DNA from: an uncultured Odoribacter sp.
Lineage (GTDB): Bacteria; Bacteroidota; Bacteroidia; Bacteroidales; Prolixibacteraceae
Direction of reading: 5' to 3'
NCBI GenBank assembly: GCA_964422425.1
Contig: CAYRBM010000001.1
Coordinates: 22,701-86,700, forward strand
Length of the DNA stretch: 64,000 bases
The notes below the pieces were generated by a model that was not told the DNA's origin, made no database searches, and saw only the letters and a list, made by a program, of their open reading frames with translations. Positions 9,135 to 18,622 of this stretch are shown here, one piece after another; within the stretch, counting starts at the first letter, position 1, and every line of letters begins with the position of its first letter. The position numbers and the translations under genes are program-made.

Positions 9135-10675
9135 TTCACCGTCTGATTTGTTTGTATTTGTTTCAGTTTAGCCCGGAATTTCTCCACTAACTGAGGATTT
9201 TGTGAGGCCAGATTCACTTTTTCACCCTGGTCATTGTTCAGGTTGTAAAGCTGATCCTGATTGAGGTTCCCATATTCAGTATTGGTGTGTGCACCAAAGG
9301 CCGGTGCTTTCGATGGGGAAATGTACTTCCAGTTCCCGTTAACCAGCGAAAGAGTGTTATGTACATTTTGAAGAACCAGGTATTTGCGTCCTTTTCCGCC
9401 ATTGTTGAGCCAGGCATTCAGGTGGTTTTCACTATCGGGGGCAGCACCTGTAGGAATTTTAACCTTCAGCATCGAGGCGAATGAGGCAATCATATCAATC
9501 TGGCATAACAACTTATTCGAAACGGCTGGTTTTACCTTGCCCGGCCAGCATAAAATCCCAGGGACACGGGTTCCGCCTTCGAAGCTACTGTATTTGCCAC
9601 CCCTGAAATTGCCTGCAGGTTTGTGGCTCCCAAGCAGTTCAACTGCCTGATCTTTATAGCCGTCATCAACTACTGGTCCGTTATCGCTTGAAAGAATAAT
9701 GATGGTATTTTTTTCAATCCCTAACTTTTTCAGGGTTTTTACGATCTCTCCAACTGACCAGTCGAATTCCACAATGGCATCGCCCCGTGGCCCCATTCCG
9801 CTGCTTCCAGCAAAGCGAGGATGCGGAACTCTCGGTACATGAGCATCCTGTGTGGCAAAATAAAGGAAGAAAGGATTATTTTTATTCCGCTCAATAAACG
9901 AAGTAGCTTTTGAAGTAATCACATCGGCCATGTCTTCATCTTTCCACAGAGCAGCTTTCCCTCCTTTCATATATCCAATGCGCGAAATTCCATTGACAAT
10001 CGACATGTCGTGCCCATGACTTGGGTGCATTTTCAAAAGCTCAGGATTGTCTTTCCCAGTGGGTTCTCCCTCGAAGTTTTTTTCGTAGCTGACATAGATG
10101 GGATCGTTTGGATCGAGATTAACAACCCGCTCATTCTCTACATAAACACAGGGAACCCTGTCGCCGGTGGCTGCCATGATAAAGGAATAATCAAATCCTA
10201 TGTCTGACGGTCCTGGCTTGATGTGACCGTTCCACTCCTGTGTGCCGGTTTGGTCTCCTAACCCAAGGTGCCATTTCCCAACAACTCCGGTTTGATATCC
10301 GGCATTTTTGAAAACATCAGCCAGGGTGTATCGCTCGGGTCTGATTATCGAGCCTGCATTTCCCGCAGCAATTCCGGTTCCTTCACGTCTCCACGCATAT
10401 TCGCCGGTTAGCAGTGCGTAGCGCGAAGGAGTGCAGGTAGCTGCCGCACTGTGCATGTTGGTAAACCGAATCCCTTGTGCAGCAAGCTGATCAATATGGG
10501 GTGTGCGAATGGTTTTTGAATCATTGCAACTGATATCTCCATAGCCAATATCGTCGGCATAAATAAAAACAATATTGGGTTTGGAGCCAGCCAAAGCAAC
10601 TGAGCTGAATAATCCTCCGAACAGCAAGGTGGCCTGAAATACACCAATGCCCGAAAGTTGATGTTTATTTTTCAT
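9131..10675 (-). CDS. S1 sulfatase (arylsulfatase-like, Cys-type)
   Basis: PNIVFIYADD, CTPSRYALLTG, GKWHLG, SDNG, EGGTRVP. Confidence 0.92.
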   Translation of the reverse strand: MKNKHQLSGIGVFQATLLFGGLFSSVALAGSKPNIVFIYADDIGYGDISCNDSKTIRTPHIDQLAAQGIRFTNMHSAAATCTPSRYALLTGEYAWRREGTGIAAGNAGSIIRPERYTLADVFKNAGYQTGVVGKWHLGLGDQTGTQEWNGHIKPGPSDIGFDYSFIMAATGDRVPCVYVENERVVNLDPNDPIYVSYEKNFEGEPTGKDNPELLKMHPSHGHDMSIVNGISRIGYMKGGKAALWKDEDMADVITSKATSFIERNKNNPFFLYFATQDAHVPRVPHPRFAGSSGMGPRGDAIVEFDWSVGEIVKTLKKLGIEKNTIIILSSDNGPVVDDGYKDQAVELLGSHKPAGNFRGGKYSSFEGGTRVPGILCWPGKVKPAVSNKLLCQIDMIASFASMLKVKIPTGAAPDSENHLNAWLNNGGKGRKYLVLQNVHNTLSLVNGNWKYISPSKAPAFGAHTNTEYGNLNQDQLYNLNNDQGEKVNLASQNPQLVEKFRAKLKQIQTNQTVK

Positions 10676-10702
10676 GTTTGGTTTGGTTTTTTAAGTTGCA
10701 AT

Positions 10703-10710
10703 CAAAAGTA
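10703..10710 (-). promoter_or_regulatory. Bacteroidota -7 promoter element
   Basis: caaaagta = TACTTTTG on the minus strand, 28 nt upstream of the sulfatase ATG. Confidence 0.5.
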
Positions 10711-10830
10711 GAAAAATCTGTTTAATCCAGGGTGACATTCGTTTGCGGGATTAATTCCGCTCATGTAACTGTTAGTAATTCAGCCAGGGCGCCAGGTAAC
10801 TGCGCCTTGCCTGATGTCCCTATTTTTCGG

Positions 10831-12381
10831 TTAATCACCTAATGCTTTCATCCGGAATCTCGGATTTTCGGCCTGAACATGTTCTTTGGCCATGATTTGC
10901 TCCATTCGTTTCACCATTTCCGGATGGCTGGCCGAAATATCATTCAACTCCTGAAGGTCGGTTTCCAGGTCGTACAATTCAATTCTCAGGTTTCCTTTCG
11001 CAATATTCTGGCGGATTCCTTTCCATTTTTCGATCCTGACAGCTTGCTGTCCGCCGGTTTCAGGAAATTCCCAGTACAGGTATTCGTGCGCCGGTTGTTT
11101 TTTACCTTTCAACTCCGGAAGAAAACTGATGCCGTCGGCATACTCTGGAGTTTTGATGTTGGCGAGATCGCAAAACGTAGGCAATACATCCTGAAAACCT
11201 GAAATATGATCGCTGGTGCGTACTTTTTTAATTTGTGCCGGCCAGCTGGCAATCATCGGGACGCGCATTCCGCCTTCGTGGGTAAATCCTTTTCCCCAGC
11301 CATATTCGCATTTGAACGGTCCTCCACTATTAAACCAGGACGAATCGGTTCCGCCGGTATAAGTAGGCCCGTTATCAGAAGTAAAGATGATCAGCGTATT
11401 TTCGTAGATTCCCAAATCTTTCAATTGCTGAACCAGCTGACCCACCTGCTCATCGAGGTACGAAATCATAGCCGCATATCCGGCATGCGGATAACGGTGC
11501 GGGAAGTAGCCCTGATTGCCGGTGTATGGTTTTTCGTCGCCAAACTTCTTCACGTAGTAATCCACCCAGCGCTGAGGCGCCTGAATGGCGGCATGTGGGA
11601 TGGGTGTCGCCCAGAACAGGAAAAACGGCTTCGCCTTATTTTCCTTCACAAAACCCGTTATTTCCTGAAACATCAGGTCGGGCGCATAGTTCTTCAGCGT
11701 GTATTTCCGGTAACTGTTCAAATCGTACGGATCGGCTCCTTTGGCCAGCGGGGTGTTGGGAGCCACCGTATCGTTTCCGAGGTAAACCCGCCGGTTATTT
11801 TTGTACAGGTGAACCGGATAATACGTGTGCGCCTGCCGCTGACAATTGTATCCGTAGAAGAAATCGAACCCTTTGTGCAGTGGCGTGCTATTGGTTTGGG
11901 GCGCGCCAAGTCCCCATTTCCCCACGATGCTGTTGGTATATCCGGCTGTTTTCAGTAGCTGGGCAACAGTTGTTTCACTTTCAGGCATCGGACTTTGCCC
12001 TTCGAGGGTCGAGTCGGCCAACATAGCCCGGTAATCCCATACGTTTCCGCGCGAGCCCCATTCGTCGTTTCCGCGAATGGCAGCGTGCCCCATGTGTTTG
12101 CCGGTAAGCAGCACACAACGTGAGGGTGCACAAACCGGCGCTCCCGAATAATGTTGGGTAAACCGGATTCCGCTGGCGGCCAAACGGTCGATATTGGGTG
12201 TTTCAATCCTGGTTTGTCCGTAACATCCTAAATCGCCATAACCCAAATCGTCGGCCAGAATGTAGATGATGTTGGGCTTTTTGATTGGTGGCGCCGGATG
12301 TGCTGCCTGTGTTTCGGTCGTCCCTCCAATTGCGCCAACGGCTCCGAACAGCCATGCTAATTTTTTGATGCTTCGTTGCAT
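10831..12381 (-). CDS. S1 sulfatase (arylsulfatase, Cys-type)
   Basis: PNIIYILADD, CAPSRCVLLTG, GKWGLG, SDNG, HEGGMRVP. Confidence 0.92.
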   Translation of the reverse strand: MQRSIKKLAWLFGAVGAIGGTTETQAAHPAPPIKKPNIIYILADDLGYGDLGCYGQTRIETPNIDRLAASGIRFTQHYSGAPVCAPSRCVLLTGKHMGHAAIRGNDEWGSRGNVWDYRAMLADSTLEGQSPMPESETTVAQLLKTAGYTNSIVGKWGLGAPQTNSTPLHKGFDFFYGYNCQRQAHTYYPVHLYKNNRRVYLGNDTVAPNTPLAKGADPYDLNSYRKYTLKNYAPDLMFQEITGFVKENKAKPFFLFWATPIPHAAIQAPQRWVDYYVKKFGDEKPYTGNQGYFPHRYPHAGYAAMISYLDEQVGQLVQQLKDLGIYENTLIIFTSDNGPTYTGGTDSSWFNSGGPFKCEYGWGKGFTHEGGMRVPMIASWPAQIKKVRTSDHISGFQDVLPTFCDLANIKTPEYADGISFLPELKGKKQPAHEYLYWEFPETGGQQAVRIEKWKGIRQNIAKGNLRIELYDLETDLQELNDISASHPEMVKRMEQIMAKEHVQAENPRFRMKALGD

Positions 12382-12424
12382 GTCCTGTATTTTTCTGTGA
12401 AATTGACAATAAAACTAAAAACCA

Positions 12425-14848
12425 CTATTCAATCGCTATCGAAACCGAAGCCGACTGAAGTCCTTCTCCCGAAACTGTTAATTTGACGTTCGATTTTTGC
12501 TTGTGCGCTTTCACTATTGCCAGGGCCAGCCCGTTGAATGCCTTTCTCGATGTTTTGTTCGAGTAAGGGGTCAGGTCGGTTTGAAGTCCATTGTCGAGCG
12601 CAGCAATCTCAGCGTCACCTTCCAGCTTAAATTGCAGGAGGTTGTTTGCTTTAGGAACCACATTGCCATCTTTATCCAGAATTGTTACGGTGACGAACGA
12701 CAAGTCTTCGCCATCGGCTTTAATTTTATTCCGGTCGGCCGACAACACGATTTGCGCCGGAGCTCCTGCCGTTTGGATGGTTTTCTCGGCGACCACTTTC
12801 CCGTCCTTTCGCGACACTGCTTTCAGGGTTCCGGGTTCGTATTTCACGGCCCACTGAACGTGCAGTTCGTCACCCTGTTTGGATTTACTACCGAGCGATT
12901 TGCCATTCAGGAACAATTCCACCTCATCGGCTTTGTTGTAATAAGCCCAAACATCGATGTCCTGTCCGTTTTCCCAGTTCCAGTGTGGGAAAATATGCAG
13001 CACGGTTTCGCTGGTAAACAAACTTTGGAACAGGTAATAGGCATCTTTGGGGAATCCGGCCATATCGACAATCCCGAAATAGGAGCTTCGCGCCGGAAAA
13101 GGGTAAGGAGTTGGTTCTCCGAGGTAATCGAAGCCTGTCCACGCATAGAATCCGGAGAGATACGGATATTTCAGAATGGGTTTCAGCACTTCTTCGTAAG
13201 TCGATGCCCAGGGTGCCGAACTGTTGTCGTACGACGAGCAAATCAGGTCGGGAGTTCCGCCGTTCTTTTCTTTGGTAAACCCGGCCCATCTGCGGATTTG
13301 AGTGGAAGGCATCAAATATTCGCCGCGGGTTTGCAGTGCCGAATTCGACTCTGCCAGAATAAGCGGCTGGCTGGGAAACATGGTGGGCAGGTTGGGGTAT
13401 TCCTGGTGATGATAATTGATTCCAACCAAATCGAGCGCTTTCGACCGGTACAGATTATTCTCCGGACTCACATGATTCAGCCCGGCTGTAACCGGACGGC
13501 TGTCGAGCGAATGTACAATGTTGACCAGGTTGCGGGCAATCGTTCGTCCGGTGGTGTCTTTTTCACCTCCATGCTGCTCCGGAATTTCGTTACCGATGCT
13601 CCACATGATTACCGACGGATGATTCCGGTCGCGCACCACATGATCGGTGATGTCGCGCCGATGCCACTCGTCGAAATACAGGTTATAATTGAACGGCGTG
13701 TTTTCCTTGACAGCTTTCCATACGTCGAAAGTTTCAGTCATCACGATAAAACCCATTTTGTCGCAAAGGTCGAGCCATTCGGGAGCAGCCGGATTGTGCG
13801 AAGTGCGGATTCCGTTGATTCCCATTTTCTTCAGGATTTCGAGCTGGCGTTCCATAGCACGGTAATTTACTGCTGCACCCAAGGGCCCCAAATCGTGGTG
13901 CATGCAAACTCCAATGATTTTAGTTGGTTTGCCGTTGAGCGAAAAGCCTTTTGCAACATCGAAATGAAAGTAGCGAAGCCCAAATGTGGTGGTGTATTCG
14001 TGCACTTTTTTGCTATCGACAAAAACCTGGCTCACCGCTTTGTACAAGCTTGGTGTTTCAGGCGACCAAAGTTGTGGCCGATCCACCGTCAATTCCTGCT
14101 CAACATTTTTTACCTCGCTTCCTGAAATGCTGAGCGAAGTGCTGAGGGTTTTCAGCAGCTTTCCCTCCGGATCGAAAATCTGGGTTTTCAGCACCGGACT
14201 GACCGTTTTAAACATGCTGTTCCGTACGTTGGTCTGAATTTTTACAGTGGCCGACTCATGCGAAACCACTGGCGTAGTGATGTAAGTTCCCCAGTGATCG
14301 ACATGCACTTTGCCGGTTTTAACCAGCCACACGTTGCGGTAAATACCGCTTCCGCTGTACCAGCGCGAATTGGGTTGCTGATTTTCGACCCTGACCAGCA
14401 GTTCGTTTTTTTCGCCACCAAATTTCAGGAATGGAGTTAGTTCGTAGCGGAATGAAATGTATCCGAAAGGGCGTGTTCCCAGTTTCTGACCGTTGATCCA
14501 GACCGTACTGTTCATGTAAACGCCATCGAAGTCGATGAAAATGTTTTTGGTTTTGTCGGCTTTCTCCAGCGTGAAATATTTCCGGTACAAGGCTGTTCCG
14601 CCACGGAGACTGGCACCGCGGTTGCCACTCGGGCTGTTCTCGTCGAAGTTTAGTTCGATGCTCCAGTCGTGCGGAAGTTGAACGTCGCGCCACGGCGTTT
14701 TTTCAAGTTCCTGATCGTTGGGTGTGTTCGACGGGCTCAGCTTAAACTGCCAGTTATCGTTGAATTTGATTCCTTCGGATTGCGCGAATCCGGAGAAGCC
14801 CAAAGCCATAAGCACGAGAATTGATGTGATGATTTTATATTTCTTCAT
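12425..14848 (-). CDS. GH2 beta-galactosidase-like
   Basis: LPHDWS, FDGVY, SRWYSGSGIYR, IRTSHNP, RDRNHPSVIMWSIGNE, WTGFDYLGEP. Confidence 0.92.
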   Translation of the reverse strand: MKKYKIITSILVLMALGFSGFAQSEGIKFNDNWQFKLSPSNTPNDQELEKTPWRDVQLPHDWSIELNFDENSPSGNRGASLRGGTALYRKYFTLEKADKTKNIFIDFDGVYMNSTVWINGQKLGTRPFGYISFRYELTPFLKFGGEKNELLVRVENQQPNSRWYSGSGIYRNVWLVKTGKVHVDHWGTYITTPVVSHESATVKIQTNVRNSMFKTVSPVLKTQIFDPEGKLLKTLSTSLSISGSEVKNVEQELTVDRPQLWSPETPSLYKAVSQVFVDSKKVHEYTTTFGLRYFHFDVAKGFSLNGKPTKIIGVCMHHDLGPLGAAVNYRAMERQLEILKKMGINGIRTSHNPAAPEWLDLCDKMGFIVMTETFDVWKAVKENTPFNYNLYFDEWHRRDITDHVVRDRNHPSVIMWSIGNEIPEQHGGEKDTTGRTIARNLVNIVHSLDSRPVTAGLNHVSPENNLYRSKALDLVGINYHHQEYPNLPTMFPSQPLILAESNSALQTRGEYLMPSTQIRRWAGFTKEKNGGTPDLICSSYDNSSAPWASTYEEVLKPILKYPYLSGFYAWTGFDYLGEPTPYPFPARSSYFGIVDMAGFPKDAYYLFQSLFTSETVLHIFPHWNWENGQDIDVWAYYNKADEVELFLNGKSLGSKSKQGDELHVQWAVKYEPGTLKAVSRKDGKVVAEKTIQTAGAPAQIVLSADRNKIKADGEDLSFVTVTILDKDGNVVPKANNLLQFKLEGDAEIAALDNGLQTDLTPYSNKTSRKAFNGLALAIVKAHKQKSNVKLTVSGEGLQSASVSIAIE

Positions 14849-14867
14849 TTCTTGAAATTTGATTTTA

Positions 14868-16904
14868 TTAATCAGTGATCAGATCGAGTTCAGCAATTCC
14901 CAACGAAGGATGTCCGTCGGAAATCGAAGATGTTTCAAGTTTCAGGAATCTGGCCTGACCCGGTTTTTCGAACCGAATGGTTTGCCTGATCGGGTTGTTG
15001 CGGATGTTGGAGAATTCGCCTTTGGCCGCAGGCTCCCAGTTGATGCCATCATGGCTGACCGAAACGATATAGTTCAGGGCAATGCCGTAGTTTCCGCGCG
15101 ATTGATCGGGCAAATAGCTTATCCCCTGAAAAGTGGTTACTGCGTCCAAATCGATTTCAATGCTTTTCACACCTTTTTTGCTGATCCAGGTCGATCCGGG
15201 ATTTCCGTCGAAAAGTGCCGGATTCGCTTTGGCTTCGCCCACCACTTTCCATCCCGATTTCGAGCCCGAAAATTTATGGGTTGTGGTTTCTCCCTGATTG
15301 TCGGGACCATTGCAAATCATTGCTTTGACGGTCGCCGGGCCATCGAGCACGAAAGGCTGGCTGTATCGGGCAGCGTTTCGGGTGGGTTGGGTTCCGTCGG
15401 TGGTGTAATAAATTTCGCCAATCTTGTCGGGCGACAGAATAGTGATTTTGCCCGACTGATCGCGTCTGATTTCGGGTTGAGCCAACAGAACCGGGGCATT
15501 GTAAACCGCCACAGTCGAAATCATGGCTGGGGCCAGCGAATCTTCAATCCGGATGCGTATTTTCTGCGTTTGAACCGGCAAAAACCGAAGGATTCGTTTG
15601 TACCCGATCGTGGTAGCTTTGGTCAGTTCGGTCCAATTGCCGTCATTCCAAATGTCCACCGCAAAGTTTTTGACTTTTTGTCCTTCCGGAATATATTCCT
15701 GAAGCAGCAGCCGGTTGCAGGTAATTTCCTTTCCAAAATCAATTTCCAGAGTTCCGGTTGTGCCGTTGGCCTGCCAGTACGAGTTAAAATCTTTGTCGAA
15801 GGCATATTTCAGGTTTTTGGGTTCTCCGGACGAAAACCGGCAGTTTTTGCCGATCAGGTTTTTGCTGAAATCGAGGTCGAGCTGGCGCTTCCATTCCAGC
15901 AGCCGGGCCGAATCGATGGGATGAACCAACCCGCGTTTGTCGGGGCTTAGGTTGAGCAACAGCAGACTGTTTCTCCCAACACTTTCGTAGTAAATATCCA
16001 TCAGCTTGGGCAGGGTTTTCACTTTGTGGTCTTCGAAGGCATGGTAATACCAGCCCGGGCGCACCGACACGTCGGTTTCCGAGGGAAGCCAGCGGGTTCC
16101 GTTTTCGTGGCCGGTGTTCAACTGCTGCGGATGACTTTTATCTTTATCGAACTGATCGTTCGGGCGAACGGCGCTCCAATGCGTTTCGGCGGCATGTCCT
16201 TCTTCGTTACCCACCCAGCGAATATCGGGCAGGCCTCCGCCGTGAACAATACACCCGGGTTGCAGTTTGCGCACAATTCCCACAAACCCTTTCCAGTCGT
16301 AATAATCGGCTGCAATGCTGCGGTTGTGCAGCGAGTCGGTTCCGTAGTAACCACGCCCGCCGTTGGCCCCGTCGAACCAGATTTCGAACAGTTCGCCGTA
16401 ATTGGTGAGCAACTCGGTGAGCTGGTTTTTAAAGTACTGATTGTATTCGGGTTTTCCGTAGGCCGGGTGGTTGCAATCCCAGGGCGAAAGGTACAGCCCC
16501 ATTTTCAGGCCATATTCTTTACATGCTTCTGAAAATTCGCGGACTACATCGCCTTTGCCGTTTTTCCAATGCGAATTCTTCACACTGTGTTCGGTGTACT
16601 TCGAAGGCCAGAGGCAAAACCCGTCGTGGTGTTTGGCTGTGAGAATGATGCCTTTCAGCCCGGCATCCTTGCATATTTTCACCCATTGGCGGCAGTCGAG
16701 CTGTGTCGGGTTGAACAGCGCGGGCGATTCGTTTCCGTAGCCCCATTCCAAATCGGTAAACGTGTTGATGCTGAAATGGACGAAAGCAATTTGCTCCATC
16801 TTTTGCCATTCCATCTGAAGTGGCGTGGGTTTGGGAAGCTGAGCAAGCGCATTCGTTGACAGTAAAACAATGAACGCAATGATCAGATTTTTTAGATATT
16901 TCAT
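14868..16904 (-). CDS. GH29 alpha-L-fucosidase with F5/8-type and FN3-like C-terminal modules
   Basis: FVHFSINTF, TAKHHDGFCLWP, YLSPWD, WFDGA, WVGNE, YYESVGRN; YYTTDGT module. Confidence 0.9.
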   Translation of the reverse strand: MKYLKNLIIAFIVLLSTNALAQLPKPTPLQMEWQKMEQIAFVHFSINTFTDLEWGYGNESPALFNPTQLDCRQWVKICKDAGLKGIILTAKHHDGFCLWPSKYTEHSVKNSHWKNGKGDVVREFSEACKEYGLKMGLYLSPWDCNHPAYGKPEYNQYFKNQLTELLTNYGELFEIWFDGANGGRGYYGTDSLHNRSIAADYYDWKGFVGIVRKLQPGCIVHGGGLPDIRWVGNEEGHAAETHWSAVRPNDQFDKDKSHPQQLNTGHENGTRWLPSETDVSVRPGWYYHAFEDHKVKTLPKLMDIYYESVGRNSLLLLNLSPDKRGLVHPIDSARLLEWKRQLDLDFSKNLIGKNCRFSSGEPKNLKYAFDKDFNSYWQANGTTGTLEIDFGKEITCNRLLLQEYIPEGQKVKNFAVDIWNDGNWTELTKATTIGYKRILRFLPVQTQKIRIRIEDSLAPAMISTVAVYNAPVLLAQPEIRRDQSGKITILSPDKIGEIYYTTDGTQPTRNAARYSQPFVLDGPATVKAMICNGPDNQGETTTHKFSGSKSGWKVVGEAKANPALFDGNPGSTWISKKGVKSIEIDLDAVTTFQGISYLPDQSRGNYGIALNYIVSVSHDGINWEPAAKGEFSNIRNNPIRQTIRFEKPGQARFLKLETSSISDGHPSLGIAELDLITD

Positions 16905-17046
16905 TTGTATAAATTTTCGTTTGTCGTCTTAAAATATGCGTATCAACTGCATTTTATTTTCCAAAGAATACAACGAAATGGAATAGCCATTATTCATTTT
17001 TCGTTTGGTATGAACTTTACCTCTTATGGCTATTTCATGGTTGCTT

Positions 17047-18597
17047 CTATTGACTGATTATCGGGTCGTTGTATTTTTCCTGAAGCTGCTTCAACTGTGT
17101 TTTCAGATCGTCGATCAGCGGTTTGTACTTCGGATTATCGATGAGGTTGGTCATTTCCGACGGGTCTTTCTTCAGATCGAACAGTTCCCAGGTGTCGATG
17201 TCGTTGTAAAAATGAATGAGTTTGTAGCGATCTGTTCGGATGCCGCAATGCCGGCGGACTGCATGTTCTCCGGGGAATTCGTAGAAATGATAATAAAGCG
17301 ACTTTCGCCAGCCTGCCGGTTTTTCGCCTTTCAGCAAGGGGAGGAGCGATTGGCCCTGAATATCTTCAGGGACCGAAACTCCGGCCAGTTCCAGAAAGGT
17401 TGGGGCATAGTCGATATTCTGAACCAGTTGGCTAACCTTTCCATGAGCGTGATAAGCTTTGGGGAGACGCATTAAAAGTGGTGTGCGGAACGATTCCTCG
17501 TACATAAACCGTTTATCGAACCAGCCGTGTTCGCCCATGTAAAATCCCTGGTCGGAAGTGTAAACCACCACAGTATTTTCGGCCAGGCCACTTTCGTCGA
17601 GGTAATCGAGCAGACGGCCCACATTATCGTCGAGCGACCGGACACTGGCCAGGTAATCCTGCATGTAGCGGTTGTATTTCCATTCGGCCAGCGCCTTTCC
17701 TTCGAGTTTGGCTTCCAGAAAATGACGAATAATCGGATCATATACTTCGTCCCACGCTTTGCGCTGGGCATCGGTCATGCGGGCGTATTCGCCGTTTTTG
17801 TAGGCATTTCGGTAGTGTGTTTGAATAATGCCTTCCTTGTCGAGCATTTTCAGATCGTACACCAGGTCCATGTCTTTGATGATGCTCATTTCCTGTTTCC
17901 CGGCGGCAGTCCTTCCGGAGTAATCGTCGTAAAAATTCGACGGTATCGGGAATTTCTGATCCTTGAATAGTTTCAGGTATTTGGTCTCGGGCATCCAAAT
18001 GCGGTGAACAGCCTTGTGGTGCACCAGCAGACAGAAAGGCTTTGTGGCGTCGCGCTGTTTCATCCAGTCGATGCTGAAATCGGTGATCAGGTTGGTTACA
18101 TAACCTTCGAACCGTTTTTTGCCATTTTTGTCGATAAAATCAGGGTTGTAATAGTTGCCCTGATCAGGAAGAATATTCCAGTAATTAAAACCGGTTGGTT
18201 CACTTTTCAGGTGCCATTTCCCGATGATGGCGGTTTGATAGCCAGCCTGCTGCAAAAGTTTGGGAAACGTTTGCTGGCTTCCGTCGAACTGGTCGTGATT
18301 GTCGCGGAAACCGTTGGAGTGGCTGTGTTTGCCGGTTAACATGCAGGCCCGGCTTGGCCCGCAAATGGAATTGGCCACGAAACTGTTGGTAAACAACACA
18401 CCTTTGCCGGCGATGCGGTCGAGGCCCGGAGTTTGGATGAAACGGCGATCGTAGGCGCTCAGCGTTTGGTACGAGTGATCGTCGGTCATGATAAAAACGA
18501 TGTTGGGCTGTTTGGGCAACGCAGTTTTTGGAGCTGCCATCGCCGGACCGGCAGCGCTGGCTGCCAAACCACAAAATAATATCAGATTTGAGTTCAT
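17047..18597 (-). CDS. S1 sulfatase, GlcNAc-6-sulfatase / mucin-desulfating-like (Cys-type)
   Basis: MTDDH, CGPSRACMLTG, HHKAVHRIW, SDQGFYMGEHGWFDKRFMYEES; start moved to MNSNL (ATG at 18597). Confidence 0.88.
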   Translation of the reverse strand: MNSNLILFCGLAASAAGPAMAAPKTALPKQPNIVFIMTDDHSYQTLSAYDRRFIQTPGLDRIAGKGVLFTNSFVANSICGPSRACMLTGKHSHSNGFRDNHDQFDGSQQTFPKLLQQAGYQTAIIGKWHLKSEPTGFNYWNILPDQGNYYNPDFIDKNGKKRFEGYVTNLITDFSIDWMKQRDATKPFCLLVHHKAVHRIWMPETKYLKLFKDQKFPIPSNFYDDYSGRTAAGKQEMSIIKDMDLVYDLKMLDKEGIIQTHYRNAYKNGEYARMTDAQRKAWDEVYDPIIRHFLEAKLEGKALAEWKYNRYMQDYLASVRSLDDNVGRLLDYLDESGLAENTVVVYTSDQGFYMGEHGWFDKRFMYEESFRTPLLMRLPKAYHAHGKVSQLVQNIDYAPTFLELAGVSVPEDIQGQSLLPLLKGEKPAGWRKSLYYHFYEFPGEHAVRRHCGIRTDRYKLIHFYNDIDTWELFDLKKDPSEMTNLIDNPKYKPLIDDLKTQLKQLQEKYNDPIISQ

Positions 18598-18622
18598 TTT
18601 TTCAGGGGATTTTCTTTGTCTG

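Noticed and set aside
12497-14125. Long + strand ORFs opposite real genes (also 14859..15950, 32230..34299, 49261..50346, 59380..60582)
   Set aside because: Antisense shadows of well-supported minus-strand genes, with no recognisable motifs; explained by codon bias
16974-17038. Overlapping inverted repeats suggesting an attenuator between the sulfatase and GH29
   Set aside because: AT-rich imperfect stems in a single copy with no clear U-tract; not distinguishable from chance or a weak terminator
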